Assembly: GCA_959026535.1 (NCBI GenBank)
Contig: CAUFMB010000005.1
Coordinates: 348 to 64,347, forward strand
Length of the DNA stretch: 64,000 bases
Direction of reading: 5' to 3'
From: an uncultured Collinsella sp.
GTDB taxonomy: Bacteria > Actinomycetota > Coriobacteriia > Coriobacteriales > Coriobacteriaceae
Within the stretch, counting starts at the first letter, position 1; each line of letters opens with the position of its first letter. Below the pieces are notes generated by a model. That model ran no database searches and was not told where the DNA came from. It saw only the letters and a program-made list of their open reading frames with translations. Both the position numbers and the translations under genes were made by a program. Positions 38,043 through 47,629 of the stretch are shown here, piece by piece.

Positions 38043-38621
38043 TTATTCCTCGTACGCGCCCTCAAGCCGAAGCAGCCACTCCTTGCGATCAAGCCCGCCG
38101 GCATATCCGTTAAGCGAGCCGTCGGCGGCAACCACGCGATGGCACGGCACGATAATCGAAATGGGATTGCGTGCAACCGCAGCCCCCACGGCACGTGGGG
38201 ACACAACAGGAGCCTCGTTTCCCGGCACACGATGTCGAGCCGCAACACGCTGGGCGATCTCACCATACGTAGCGACCTCGCCACGCGGGATAGAAAGCAG
38301 CTCAAACCAAACCTCGCGCTGAAACGCCGTACCAATCATATGCAACGGCGGCGTAAACCGAGGCTCCTGCCCCGCAAAATAAGCATTCAGCCACGCCCAA
38401 GAACGCTCAAGCACCGAAGAAGCCGCGCCATTTGCCGGACTCACCGACGACATGCCACCAGTACCGGAAACCGCGTCGGCGCCTTCAACATGTTCGGAGT
38501 CTTCCCGGAGAAGCGTGGAGCCAAAATGCTCCTGCCCCTCAAACCAAAGCCCCGTCAGACCGCGGCCATCAGCGGCAAGCAGGATTTCGCCCAAAGGCGA
38601 AGCAAACGTCGTCGTGACCAC
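38043..38621 (-). CDS. ogt: Methylated-DNA--protein-cysteine methyltransferase
   Basis: Active site IIVPCHRVV. GTG start with an AAGGAG RBS. Confidence 0.9.
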   Translation of the reverse strand: MVTTTFASPLGEILLAADGRGLTGLWFEGQEHFGSTLLREDSEHVEGADAVSGTGGMSSVSPANGAASSVLERSWAWLNAYFAGQEPRFTPPLHMIGTAFQREVWFELLSIPRGEVATYGEIAQRVAARHRVPGNEAPVVSPRAVGAAVARNPISIIVPCHRVVAADGSLNGYAGGLDRKEWLLRLEGAYEE

Positions 38622-38780
38622 CAGCGTCTCCTTTCAAAACTCCGCACCATAATACCGCGAATTGTGCAGACAACCTCGCAGATACGTCCGGACAGACTCG
38701 ATTGTCCAAGAGAGGGCGTTTTCCCTCTCAATATCGGCCGATACCGAGTCGCAACGCCCAAAACGATGTCCGGCAAAAAC

Positions 38781-38960
38781 GAAGGTGAATGGTTTTCCGA
38801 GAAGTGAACGAGTAAAACTAGGGCCCCGAAGCATCCGCATTTTTTGACTGCAAAACAGCAGGATTCATGCGATAAAACCGCAGGAAATGGCGGCAAAAAT
38901 ATGCCAATGCTTCAAGGGTCCAAAATAGGTCGTTCACTTCTCGGAAAACCATTCACCTTC
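38781..38960. mobile_element. MITE-like element with 31-bp perfect terminal inverted repeats
   Basis: GAAGGTGAATGGTTTTCCGAGAAGTGAACGA (38781-38811) against its exact reverse complement (38930-38960). The core shares TTTTTTGACTGCAAAACAGCAGG and ATAAAACCGCAGG with the element at 2051-2177. Confidence 0.6.
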
Positions 38961-39118
38961 GATTCGGCCCCACCCCAAAGTCCCCGCAGGCAGCAGGCGC
39001 GAAGCGCCGAGGCCGCCGCCGGGACCAGGGCCCGCAACAGCCACGTGCCCCCACATCAGCCCAGCAGTCCCAACCGACAACGGCCCCATCGCAGGCCGCT
39101 CGTAGCAGCGTCATCGCA

Positions 39119-39248
39119 GGCGGGGGCCGGGCTTGGTTTTCAGAACACTCCGCAGACCAGTGTGGCGCCTTGTCCGTGGCTCCGAAGGAGCAGGACAAGG
39201 CGCCACACATGGTCGAGGACGTTCTGAAAACTAAGCCCGGCCCCCGCC
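39119..39248 (+). repeat. Long-hairpin repeat, copy C
   Basis: Outer stem GGCGGGGGCCGGGCTTGGTTTTCAGAAC / GTTCTGAAAACTAAGCCCGGCCCCCGCC. Loop halves ACTCCGCAGACC and CATGGTCGAGGAC. Inner stem GTGTGGCGCCTTGTCC/GGACAAGGCGCCACAC. Ends 14 nt from the asd stop. Confidence 0.8.
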
Positions 39249-39262
39249 GGACAGGCCCACCG

Positions 39263-40288
39263 CTACTCGCAGAGCAGCTTGGCGATCTGGACGGCGTTGG
39301 TTGCCGCGCCCTTACGGATTTGGTCGCCGCAGCACCAGAAGGTGATACCGCGCGCAGCCTCGGGGTTCGAGATGTCGCGGCGCACGCGACCGACCCAGAT
39401 CAGGTCCTGGTCGGACGTATCCATCGGCATGGGGAAGCGATCGTGCGCATCCTCGGCGCTCATGTCGTCAACCAGCTTCACGCCTGGAGCGGCAGCCAGC
39501 GCAGCACGAGCCTCCTCGACCGTAATATCGCGCTCGAACTCGAGTGTAATGCTCTCGGAGTGCGAGCGCAGCACGGGCACGCGCACGCAGGTGCAGTTCA
39601 CGCGCAGCTCGGGCAGGTGCATGATCTTGCGGCCCTCGTTCTGCAGCTTCATCTCCTCGGAGGTAAAGCCCTCCTCCTTGACGCCGCCAATTTGCGGAAT
39701 CAGGTTACTCGCCAGCTGGGCAGCAAACGCGCGCGGCTCGGGAATCTCCTCGCCACGGCCCAGGGCGGCCAGCTGAGCCTCGAGCTCGGCCATACCGGGG
39801 GCGCCAGCACCCGAAGCCGCCTGGTACGTCGAGACGATCATGCGCTTTACGCCGGCAAGCTGATGCAGCGGCCACGTGGGAACCAGGCCGATGATGGTCG
39901 CGCAGTTGGGGTTGGCGATAAGACCATGATGCCACTTGATATCGTCGGCATTGATCTCGGGCACGACCAGCGGCACCTCGGGATCCATGCGGAAGGCATG
40001 GCTGTTGTCGACTACGACGGCGCCGCGCTTGACGGCCTCGGGCAGCAGCTCCTTCGCGATATCGTCGCCGGCGGCTCCGAGCACAATATCACAGCCCTCA
40101 AAGGCCTCGGGGCAAGCCTCTTCGATCACGATCTGCTCGCCGCGGAACTCAACGGTCTTGCCCGCGGAGCGTGCACTTGCCAACAGCTTGAGCTTGCCGA
40201 CCGGGAACTCCTGCTCGTTGAGGCACTCGAGCATCTGGGTGCCCACGGCTCCCGTCGCGCCCAAAATAGCAACCGTGTACTGTTTCAT
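39263..40288 (-). CDS. asd: Aspartate-semialdehyde dehydrogenase
   Basis: MKQYTVAILGATGAVGTQM... Start set at the ATG at 40288 (AAGGGGGAAG RBS). The track ORF extends to 40375. Confidence 0.95.
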   Translation of the reverse strand: MKQYTVAILGATGAVGTQMLECLNEQEFPVGKLKLLASARSAGKTVEFRGEQIVIEEACPEAFEGCDIVLGAAGDDIAKELLPEAVKRGAVVVDNSHAFRMDPEVPLVVPEINADDIKWHHGLIANPNCATIIGLVPTWPLHQLAGVKRMIVSTYQAASGAGAPGMAELEAQLAALGRGEEIPEPRAFAAQLASNLIPQIGGVKEEGFTSEEMKLQNEGRKIMHLPELRVNCTCVRVPVLRSHSESITLEFERDITVEEARAALAAAPGVKLVDDMSAEDAHDRFPMPMDTSDQDLIWVGRVRRDISNPEAARGITFWCCGDQIRKGAATNAVQIAKLLCE

Positions 40289-40462
40289 GCTTCCCCCTTT
40301 AAAGGTTTTGGCTTTTGCCCGCACGCCGAGCAGGCTGATTATTGTTGCCAGTGTATACAAGAACGGGGCAGGCACGAAACCCGCCCCGTCGAAACGAAAC
40401 CGAAACGAAACGCCCCGCGCTAGATTTTTGGCACTTGTCCCAAAAATCCACCGGGATAGCAG

Positions 40463-41851
40463 CTACTTGTGGAGCGCTGCCAAGGTGGGATCGGCCGGCG
40501 CAGGAGCCTCCAGGTCGGAGACCTTCACAATGCCGTTCTCATCGGAGAAGGCACGGTAAATGGTCTGAATCGCCAGGTCGAAGTCCTTCTCCTCGACACC
40601 GATAATGATGTTGATCTCGTCGCAGCTCTGCGAAATCATACGCACGCTCACGCCGGCCTGGCCAAGCATGCCAAACAGATGGCCCGAGATGCCGGCACGA
40701 CCACGCAGGTTGCGACCGACGGTCGCGATAAGCGCCAGGCCCTCGACAACCTCGATCTCGAGCGGCTCGACCTCCTGCTGAATGTCGCCCACGAGCGAGT
40801 ACAGCGAGTCGTGAACGTCCTGCTCCTGCACCACGGCGCCAAAGCGGTCGACACCGGTGGGCATGTGCTCAACGGAAACGTCATAGCGCTCGAAGACCGA
40901 AAGCGCGCGGCGCATAAAGCCGACACGGGGCTTGGTGCGGTCGCGGGCCACATTGATGGCGACAAAGCCGCGTTTGCCGGTCACGCCGGTAATGATGGGC
41001 TCCGCCTCGCCCTCGTCAGCCGTCTCGCTAATGATGGTGCCGGGGTCCTGCGGCGCATTGGTGTTCTTGATGACCAGCGGAATGCCTGCCTCGCGCACGG
41101 GGAACACGGCCTCCTCGTGCAGGACGCTTGCGCCCATGTACGAAAGCTCGCGCAGCTCCTCGTAGGTAACGCGCGCAATGGGCTGAGCCTCGGGAACAAT
41201 ACGCGGATCGGCAGAATAGAAGCCCGAAACGTCGGTCCAGTTCTCGTACAGATCGGCGCCAAGGCACTTGGCCAGAATCGAGCCCGAAATATCGCCACCG
41301 CCTCGATCGAGCAGCTTGATCTGGCCCTCACGCGTCGCGCCGTAGAAACCGGGCATAACAAAGCCACCCTGCTGGCCGTACTCCCGCACCAGCTCGGAGG
41401 TGCGGTTCATGCTGAGCGTACCATCGTGATGGAACGCCACAACCGTCGCGGCGTCCAGGAACGGCAGGCCCAGGTACTCGGACATCAGGCGAGCGGTGAA
41501 GTACTCGCCGCGGCTCACAAGCTCCTCGGTGGAGTAGCCGCCCGAGCGGGCGCGCTCGGAAAAGGCTGCGAACTCCTCGCGGATGGGATAGGTGAGCTCC
41601 AGCTCGTCAGCGATATCAAAATAGCGCTGACCGATGTCCTCGAGCAGCTCCTCGCACGACACGTGATACTTAACGTGCGCGTTAACCAGGTAGAGCAGGT
41701 CGGTCACCTTGGTGTCGCCCTTAAAGCGGCGACCGCAGGCGGAAACCACCACAAAACGGCGGGCAGGGTCGGCATCGACGATGGCCTTGATCTTCTTGAA
41801 GTGTTCGGCGTCGGCGACCGACGAGCCGCCAAACTTGGCAATTTTTATCAT
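40463..41851 (-). CDS. ask: Aspartate kinase (monofunctional, with C-terminal ACT domains)
   Basis: MIKIAKFGGSSVADAEHF...VVVSACG. 462 aa. Confidence 0.95.
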   Translation of the reverse strand: MIKIAKFGGSSVADAEHFKKIKAIVDADPARRFVVVSACGRRFKGDTKVTDLLYLVNAHVKYHVSCEELLEDIGQRYFDIADELELTYPIREEFAAFSERARSGGYSTEELVSRGEYFTARLMSEYLGLPFLDAATVVAFHHDGTLSMNRTSELVREYGQQGGFVMPGFYGATREGQIKLLDRGGGDISGSILAKCLGADLYENWTDVSGFYSADPRIVPEAQPIARVTYEELRELSYMGASVLHEEAVFPVREAGIPLVIKNTNAPQDPGTIISETADEGEAEPIITGVTGKRGFVAINVARDRTKPRVGFMRRALSVFERYDVSVEHMPTGVDRFGAVVQEQDVHDSLYSLVGDIQQEVEPLEIEVVEGLALIATVGRNLRGRAGISGHLFGMLGQAGVSVRMISQSCDEINIIIGVEEKDFDLAIQTIYRAFSDENGIVKVSDLEAPAPADPTLAALHK

Positions 41852-41954
41852 GGCGTGGAGGTTACCTTTCTAAAAGCCTCTGCAAACCTGTTTTGCGCGC
41901 TCTGATACCATGGTTTCACCGATTGGGACCAAGGTATCCGAGGAGCACTGTTAT

Positions 41955-43472
41955 ATGGGAACTTATCATAGTACACGAGGACGCACTTTATCATGCTCAA
42001 GTAAGGTGGCAATCCGTACCGGCATCGCTCCCGACGGGGGTTTGTTTGTCTCGGACGAGCTTGGCACCCAGCAGGTCGATATCAGCTCGCTTGCTGATAA
42101 ATCGTACTTTGAAATCGCTCAAAATGTGTTGGGAATGTTACTGAACGATTACACGGACGAAGAAATTTCGGCGTGTGTCGACGAGGCATACCGCGGCACG
42201 TTCGCGAGTGAAGAGGTCACGCCTCTCGTCAAGCTCGACGCAGCACCGGGCACCGACGCCCCTCAGACCTATGTGATGGAGCTCTTTGGCGGCCCCACGA
42301 GCGCCTTCAAGGACGTCGCCCTGCAGATGCTCCCCCGCCTCATGGCCCGCACCTCCGCCCAGGACGGCGGCGCCGAGCGCATCATGATCGTCACCGCCAC
42401 GTCGGGCGACACGGGCAAGGCAGCACTCGCCGGCTTTGCCGACGCCCCGGGCACGGGCATCACCGTCTTTTATCCCGAGGGCAAAGTCAGCCGCGTACAG
42501 AATCTGCAGATGTCCACTCAGGAGGGCGATAACGTCGCCGTCTGCGGCATCCGCGGCAACTTTGACGACGCCCAGAGCGCCGTCAAGCGCATCTTTGCCG
42601 ATAAGGAGCTTGCCGAGCGTCTGGAGGCCGCAGGCACGGTGCTTTCGAGCGCCAACTCCATCAACGTCGGCCGTCTGGTACCGCAGGTCGTCTACTACTT
42701 TGCCGCCTATGCGCAGCTGCTGCGCGCCGGCGCCATCGAGGCCGGCGACGCCGTGGAGTTCTGCGTACCGACCGGCAACTTTGGCGATATCCTGGCCGGT
42801 TACTATGCCAAGCGCATGGGTCTGCCCGTCGCCAAGCTCATCGTCGCGAGCGACAAGAACAACGTGCTTGCCGACTTCCTGACCACCGGCGTTTACGACC
42901 GTAACCGCCCGTTCTTCACGACCATCTCGCCGTCGATGGACATCCTTATTAGCTCCAACCTCGAGCGCATGCTCTACTTCCTGTCCGATGGCGACTGCGA
43001 ACTCGTTGCCGGCCTTATGGAGCAGCTGGCACAGACTGGTCGCTACGAGGTTCCCGCCGACCTGCTGGCAAAGATTCAGAGCGTCTTTGGCTGCGGTTGG
43101 GCCAGCGAGGACGAGGTCCGCGCTGCCATCAAGAGTTGCTGGGATGCGAACGGCTACGTGATCGACCCGCACACCGCCTGCGGCTATCACGTCTTTGAGC
43201 AGGTCGTTCCCGCCGAGGGTGCCAAGGCCCGCGTGCTGCTTTCGACCGCCAGCCCCTACAAGTTCCCGCGCGCCTGCTGCGACGCCCTGGGCCTCGACGT
43301 TCCCGAAGATGATTTTGAGGCTATGCGTGTGCTCGAGCAGGCCACCAACACGGTCGCCCCGACCCAGCTCGCCGAACTCGAATCCAAGCCCGTCCGCTTC
43401 GAAGACGTCTGCGACGTCGATGAGATGGCCAGCTACGTAGAGCAGGCTGCAAAAAAGATGGCTACCAACTAA
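41955..43472 (+). CDS. thrC: Threonine synthase (long form)
   Basis: MGTYHSTRG....GIAPDGGLFV, FGGPTSAFKD (PLP lysine region). Start moved to the ATG at 41955. Confidence 0.9.
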   Translation: MGTYHSTRGRTLSCSSKVAIRTGIAPDGGLFVSDELGTQQVDISSLADKSYFEIAQNVLGMLLNDYTDEEISACVDEAYRGTFASEEVTPLVKLDAAPGTDAPQTYVMELFGGPTSAFKDVALQMLPRLMARTSAQDGGAERIMIVTATSGDTGKAALAGFADAPGTGITVFYPEGKVSRVQNLQMSTQEGDNVAVCGIRGNFDDAQSAVKRIFADKELAERLEAAGTVLSSANSINVGRLVPQVVYYFAAYAQLLRAGAIEAGDAVEFCVPTGNFGDILAGYYAKRMGLPVAKLIVASDKNNVLADFLTTGVYDRNRPFFTTISPSMDILISSNLERMLYFLSDGDCELVAGLMEQLAQTGRYEVPADLLAKIQSVFGCGWASEDEVRAAIKSCWDANGYVIDPHTACGYHVFEQVVPAEGAKARVLLSTASPYKFPRACCDALGLDVPEDDFEAMRVLEQATNTVAPTQLAELESKPVRFEDVCDVDEMASYVEQAAKKMATN

Positions 43473-43484
43473 ACCCCATATAAG

Positions 43485-43519
43485 GCGCCGGCGAAAGCCG
43501 GCGCACTTTCTTTTAATTT
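43485..43519 (+). terminator. Rho-independent terminator after thrC
   Basis: GCGCCGGC-gaaa-GCCGGCGC followed by ACTTTCTTTTAATTT. Confidence 0.75.
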
Positions 43520-43549
43520 GGCTCCCCAGCGCGGTGAGGAGACGGCGTA

Positions 43550-43660
43550 GGTCGGTTTCACGCTTGCTCCGTCGCGAGTTCCGCACGAGCCGAAGGCCAC
43601 TAAATGTGGCCTTCGTGCGAGCAGGACTGTCCGAGCAGCGGAGCAAGCGTGAAACCGACC
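43550..43660 (+). repeat. Long-hairpin repeat, diverged copy E
   Basis: 22-bp perfect outer stem GGTCGGTTTCACGCTTGCTCCG / CGGAGCAAGCGTGAAACCGACC. Loop halves GTTCCGCACGAG and CTGTCCGAGCAG. Lies between the thrC terminator and the thrB RBS. Confidence 0.65.
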
Positions 43661-43679
43661 CCCAGGAGGACCAACAACA

Positions 43680-44561
43680 ATGATCAAGATCACCGTCCCA
43701 GCAACCAGCGCCAACCTAGGCATCGGCTACGACACCCTCGGCATGGCCGTTAGCCTCTACTCGCACTTCACCTTCGAGCGCGCCGACAAGCTCACCATCA
43801 CGGGCTGCCCCGAGGAGTTCCAAAACGAGAATAACCTGGTCTATGTGAGCTTTGTCGATGCTCTGGCCGCGTGGGGCGAGCCGGCTTTTCCCGTTGCTAT
43901 CGACATTCAGACCGACGTGCCCGTCGCCCGTGGCCTGGGTTCCAGCTCCACCTGCGTCGTCGCCGGCATTATGGCCGCCGCCGCACTGACAGGCCACACC
44001 GTCGACCGCGCTGAGCTCGTCCGCATTGCCACCGAGGTCGAGGGCCATCCCGATAACGTCGCCCCTGCTATCCTGGGCGGCGGCGTCTGCTCCTTTACGC
44101 CGACCGATTCGCTCCCCCAGTGCCTGCGCTACGAGGTGAGCGATCGCTTGCGTTTTATTACCGTGATTCCGCCCTACGAGGTGCATACGAGCGAAGCGCG
44201 CAAGGTTGTGCCGCAGGAGATTCCACTCTCCACCGCCGTATGGCAAATGGGCCGCATCGCCGGCATGACGCGCGGCCTGGAAACCGGCGACCTTGACCTG
44301 ATTGCTGCCGCCAACGACGACCGCATCCAGGAGCCCTATCGCCGCCGCCTCATCCCCGACTACAACGCCGTGCGCGACACCTGCCTTAACGGAGGCGCTA
44401 AGACCATCTGGATCAGCGGTTCGGGCTCGACCCTCATGGCTGTAACCGACGACACCATCGTGGCAAAGTTCCTGCAGGTCAAGCTGCGTGAGCAGTTCCC
44501 CAAGTGTGACACGCATATTCTGACGTGCGACACCGAGGGCGCTCAAATCGAGTACCTGTAG
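43680..44561 (+). CDS. thrB: Homoserine kinase
   Basis: MIKITVPATSANLGIGYDTLG and PVARGLGSSST (GHMP kinase motif). Confidence 0.9.
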   Translation: MIKITVPATSANLGIGYDTLGMAVSLYSHFTFERADKLTITGCPEEFQNENNLVYVSFVDALAAWGEPAFPVAIDIQTDVPVARGLGSSSTCVVAGIMAAAALTGHTVDRAELVRIATEVEGHPDNVAPAILGGGVCSFTPTDSLPQCLRYEVSDRLRFITVIPPYEVHTSEARKVVPQEIPLSTAVWQMGRIAGMTRGLETGDLDLIAAANDDRIQEPYRRRLIPDYNAVRDTCLNGGAKTIWISGSGSTLMAVTDDTIVAKFLQVKLREQFPKCDTHILTCDTEGAQIEYL

Positions 44562-44584
44562 ACATCCTCCCCATATACCTGTCC

Positions 44585-44711
44585 GGGACGGTCGGGATGT
44601 TCCCTCAAAATCGTCCTCGCGCATGAAGGCCCCTTGTCCTGCTCCTACGGAGCGGCGGACAAGGGGCCTTCGCGCTGCGGAATGATTTTGAGGGAACATC
44701 CCGACCGTCCC
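44585..44711 (-). repeat. Long-hairpin repeat, copy D (opposite orientation)
   Basis: Outer stem GGGACGGTCGGGATGTTCCCTCAAAATC and its complement. On the minus strand the loop halves read ATTCCGCAGCGCG and CATGCGCGAGGACG. Inner stem GAAGGCCCCTTGTCC/GGACAAGGGGCCTTC. Starts 23 nt after the thrB stop. Confidence 0.8.
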
Positions 44712-44801
44712 TGCGCCCACCTTGCTGAGGACGTCTACAGGGACCCACGCTTTGAAGGGGCGCCGGGCTGATAGCCTGCCTTTTATTGATAGGGGCGCTT
44801 A

Positions 44802-45392
44802 TTAGAGGCAGGCCTCGGCGATGCGCTTTTTGAGTTCGTCGATGCCGGTACCGGTCTGGGAGCTTGTGATGATCACGTTCTCGGCTGGAACGTTGAGCTG
44901 CTTTTTGATGGCCGCTGCCTGGCGGGCCTGCTGGGTGCGGCTGAGCTTGTCGGCCTTGGTGAGGCAGACGATAAAGTTGAACTCGTTGCCCTGCAGGTAG
45001 TCGATCATGTCATGGTCGAGCTTGCTCGGGTCGTGACGAATATCCACCAGCGACACGACCAGGTTAAAGCTGCGCTCCGAGTCGAAGAAGTCGCCGATAA
45101 GTTCTGCCCAGCGGTCACGCTCGGCCTTGGAACGACGGGCGAAGCCATAGCCCGGCAGGTCGACGAAGTGCACGTCGTCGGCCTCGAAGAAGTTGATGTT
45201 GCTCGTCTTGCCCGGTGTGCTCGAAACCTTCACCAGGTTCTTGCGGCCAAAGAGTTTGTTCATGATCGACGACTTGCCCACGTTGGAGCGGCCGACGAAG
45301 CTCACCTCGGGGCAGGTGGACTCGGGAATCTGCGAAACCTTGCCATAGCTGGCGACGAACTTGGCAAGCTGGTAGTTAATGGAATCGGCCAT
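44802..45392 (-). CDS. engB: Ribosome-biogenesis GTPase YsxC/EngB
   Basis: FVGRSNVGKSSIMN, DLPGYGF. Start set at MADSINYQ (AAGGAG RBS). The track ORF extends to 45521. Confidence 0.9.
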   Translation of the reverse strand: MADSINYQLAKFVASYGKVSQIPESTCPEVSFVGRSNVGKSSIMNKLFGRKNLVKVSSTPGKTSNINFFEADDVHFVDLPGYGFARRSKAERDRWAELIGDFFDSERSFNLVVSLVDIRHDPSKLDHDMIDYLQGNEFNFIVCLTKADKLSRTQQARQAAAIKKQLNVPAENVIITSSQTGTGIDELKKRIAEACL

Positions 45393-45430
45393 GGACACTC
45401 CTTGGTCGTAGGTTCTTACAAAAGAGCGCG

Positions 45431-46171
45431 CTAATAGATAGCAGCGATACGGCGAACGATATCGAGCGTAATGCCACTCGCGGTACGGGCATACTCGAAC
45501 AGGTCGAACTCGCGGTCGCAAATCGCATCGTACGCCTCGTCACAATTATCGCTGATAGCGCGCAGCACCAGGCAATCGACACCATTTTTAGTTGCGACAT
45601 GGGCAATCGCCGCGCCCTCCATGCCGACACAATCGGCATGCGTCGCCTCAATAGCGTCGTTGCGCATGGCAGCGCCCGTCACAAAACGGTTGCCCGTGGC
45701 AATCGTACCGACCAGGAACTGCTTTGCGCCCTCGTTCGAGGCGGCTGCATTTGTCGAAGCGTTGACAAAGCCACGCTCAGAAAGCACATCGGCAGCAATA
45801 TCGACCAGCGCAGGCGTCGAGCCAAACTCCTCGAGCCCCGGTGCAGACTCGGCGATAAGCGCGGTATCGGTATCCAGATAGCGCAGGCGTTTGCCGATGA
45901 CCACGTCGTCGATATGGAGCTTGGGGTTCAAACCGCCCGCGATACCCGAAAGCACAACTGCCTGTGGAGCATACTTGCTAATGAGGTGCTGTGTTGCGGC
46001 GGCAGCGTTTACCGTGCCCATACCCGCCGTTGTGGCGACAAGCGTCAGGCCGTCGAACTCACCGCTCACAACGGTCAGGCCCGCCTCCTGTGCCTCGCAG
46101 ACGTCGCTCAGCTCTTCCTTAATCTGCATGATCTCTTTTTCGAGTGCACCGATAATCGCGATGGTAGCCAT
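45431..46171 (-). CDS. mtnN: 5'-methylthioadenosine/S-adenosylhomocysteine nucleosidase
   Basis: MATIAIIGALEKEI..., SGIAGGL, GMEGAAIAHV. Confidence 0.85.
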   Translation of the reverse strand: MATIAIIGALEKEIMQIKEELSDVCEAQEAGLTVVSGEFDGLTLVATTAGMGTVNAAAATQHLISKYAPQAVVLSGIAGGLNPKLHIDDVVIGKRLRYLDTDTALIAESAPGLEEFGSTPALVDIAADVLSERGFVNASTNAAASNEGAKQFLVGTIATGNRFVTGAAMRNDAIEATHADCVGMEGAAIAHVATKNGVDCLVLRAISDNCDEAYDAICDREFDLFEYARTASGITLDIVRRIAAIY

Positions 46172-46249
46172 GCCATTCCCCAAACCTATACGAAATTCTC
46201 AACCACGGTATGGTACCAGCATTTTGTTTGACCTCGTCAAACGAACACG

Positions 46250-47368
46250 CTAGGCCAGTGCAGCTCGCGTATCAAACAGAGCCTTTGCAATCGCAGCCGT
46301 AACCTCGCTCGAGCGGTCGCTCCACGGCATCGATGTCATGATGCTCATGACATAGGTACGGCCATCGATGTCGATAAGGCCCGCATCGCATGTCGAATAG
46401 CAACCATCCTCGCTAATCCAGCCTGCCTTGTTGCGTACCAAGGCTTGGTCGTCGGCAATCCCATCACGGATAAATGAGCGCGATGTTGATGACAGCAGTT
46501 CAGATAACCACTGGGAGGTCTCACTGCCCCTGCTCAAATACTCACTCATCTCGCGCCACAACTTGGCCGAGGTGCGCGGGCAATAAGTGGGAAAATCACT
46601 CATCGGATCGAGTGCGGTATCGTAATCGATGCCAAGACCGACAATCCAATCCTCGTAACCGACACGGTCAAACGCCGCGCGTAACGCAATAAACGAATCG
46701 TTGTCCGAATTAACGACCGCGGCCTCGATCAGGTCGCGCACCGTCTGCCAGCCCATGTTGTAGCCGCCATAGGTGCCAAGGGAATCATCGAGTGAGACCT
46801 GACCCGTCTCGACCAGAGATTCGCAGACGTAGAGTACATAGAGCGCCTTATAACTGCTCGCACCGTACACCTCGGCGTCCGCGTTATACGTCACGCCCTT
46901 GCCACTTGACAGGTCGTAGAACACCACGCCCACATCGCCCAGCTCCTGCGCCTGACTCAGGGCATCTTGGAGCGCGGCGAGGCTCTCATCCTCCAAGGCG
47001 GGAATCTGGTCATCAACCAGTGAAAAGGTCTGCACGGTATCGCCTGAGGGAATATCGTTAAAGTCCGCCTTCGAAAGCCTCGTCTTGAGACTCGCTGTCG
47101 ACAGGGTTTGGCTTGCGGTGGCTTTAGATTCAGAGACCTTTTTGTTTTGCGTCTGTACCGTTGACGCATCTGAGTGTGCCATTCGCTCCGAGGCGTAGGT
47201 TTTAGCGGTAATTCCGAGGATAATAACCACCAACGTTAGCATCCCAATTGCGGCAATCTTCGTTACGTGGATGCGAGCGTCAGCGTGGCCACGCGAAGGC
47301 GTGCCCTTCGTCTCATATCTGCTGCCATGCTGCGGCACATACTCGTCCCGCGATGCGTTGTTTCGCAC
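46250..47368 (-). CDS. Membrane-anchored serine hydrolase of the class A beta-lactamase fold
   Basis: N-terminal TM helix. SxxK (ASSYKAL), SDN (NSDNDS) and KTG-like (NKAGW) motifs. Confidence 0.65.
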   Translation of the reverse strand: MRNNASRDEYVPQHGSRYETKGTPSRGHADARIHVTKIAAIGMLTLVVIILGITAKTYASERMAHSDASTVQTQNKKVSESKATASQTLSTASLKTRLSKADFNDIPSGDTVQTFSLVDDQIPALEDESLAALQDALSQAQELGDVGVVFYDLSSGKGVTYNADAEVYGASSYKALYVLYVCESLVETGQVSLDDSLGTYGGYNMGWQTVRDLIEAAVVNSDNDSFIALRAAFDRVGYEDWIVGLGIDYDTALDPMSDFPTYCPRTSAKLWREMSEYLSRGSETSQWLSELLSSTSRSFIRDGIADDQALVRNKAGWISEDGCYSTCDAGLIDIDGRTYVMSIMTSMPWSDRSSEVTAAIAKALFDTRAALA

Positions 47369-47526
47369 GTGGTCTCCTGACTGCTACCGTTCATATATGA
47401 GCAGCATAATACCGAGCAGGCATTTCTTTCCAAAGATATTCAGCGACGTTTAAGGTGTCTTTAAAGAAACCACAAGCGTATTTATCCAAATGGCACGATT
47501 CTGTTGCGCATCTCCGCCCAAAACGC

Positions 47527-47593
47527 AGTTGCGGTGGAATAGTTCCTATTTGGGCGGCATAAGCCGAAAAACAAGAACTATTCCACCGCAACT
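47527..47593 (+). repeat. 67-nt hairpin repeat, copy 2 (AGTTGCGGTGGAATAGTTC...GAACTATTCCACCGCAACT)
   Basis: Same architecture as 25930-25996. Stem differences GATAT->GGAAT are mirrored by ATATC->ATTCC. Confidence 0.75.
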
Positions 47594-47629
47594 TGACAGG
47601 GCTCTTTGGCAATCAACTTGGTGCCCAGG

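Noticed and set aside
37766-38807. Continuation of the 463-aa ORF beyond the Abi_2 fragment
   Set aside because: After about codon 115 the translation is Arg/Ser/Pro-rich nonsense. It runs across the ClC stump and antisense through ogt, so it is a read-through artefact.
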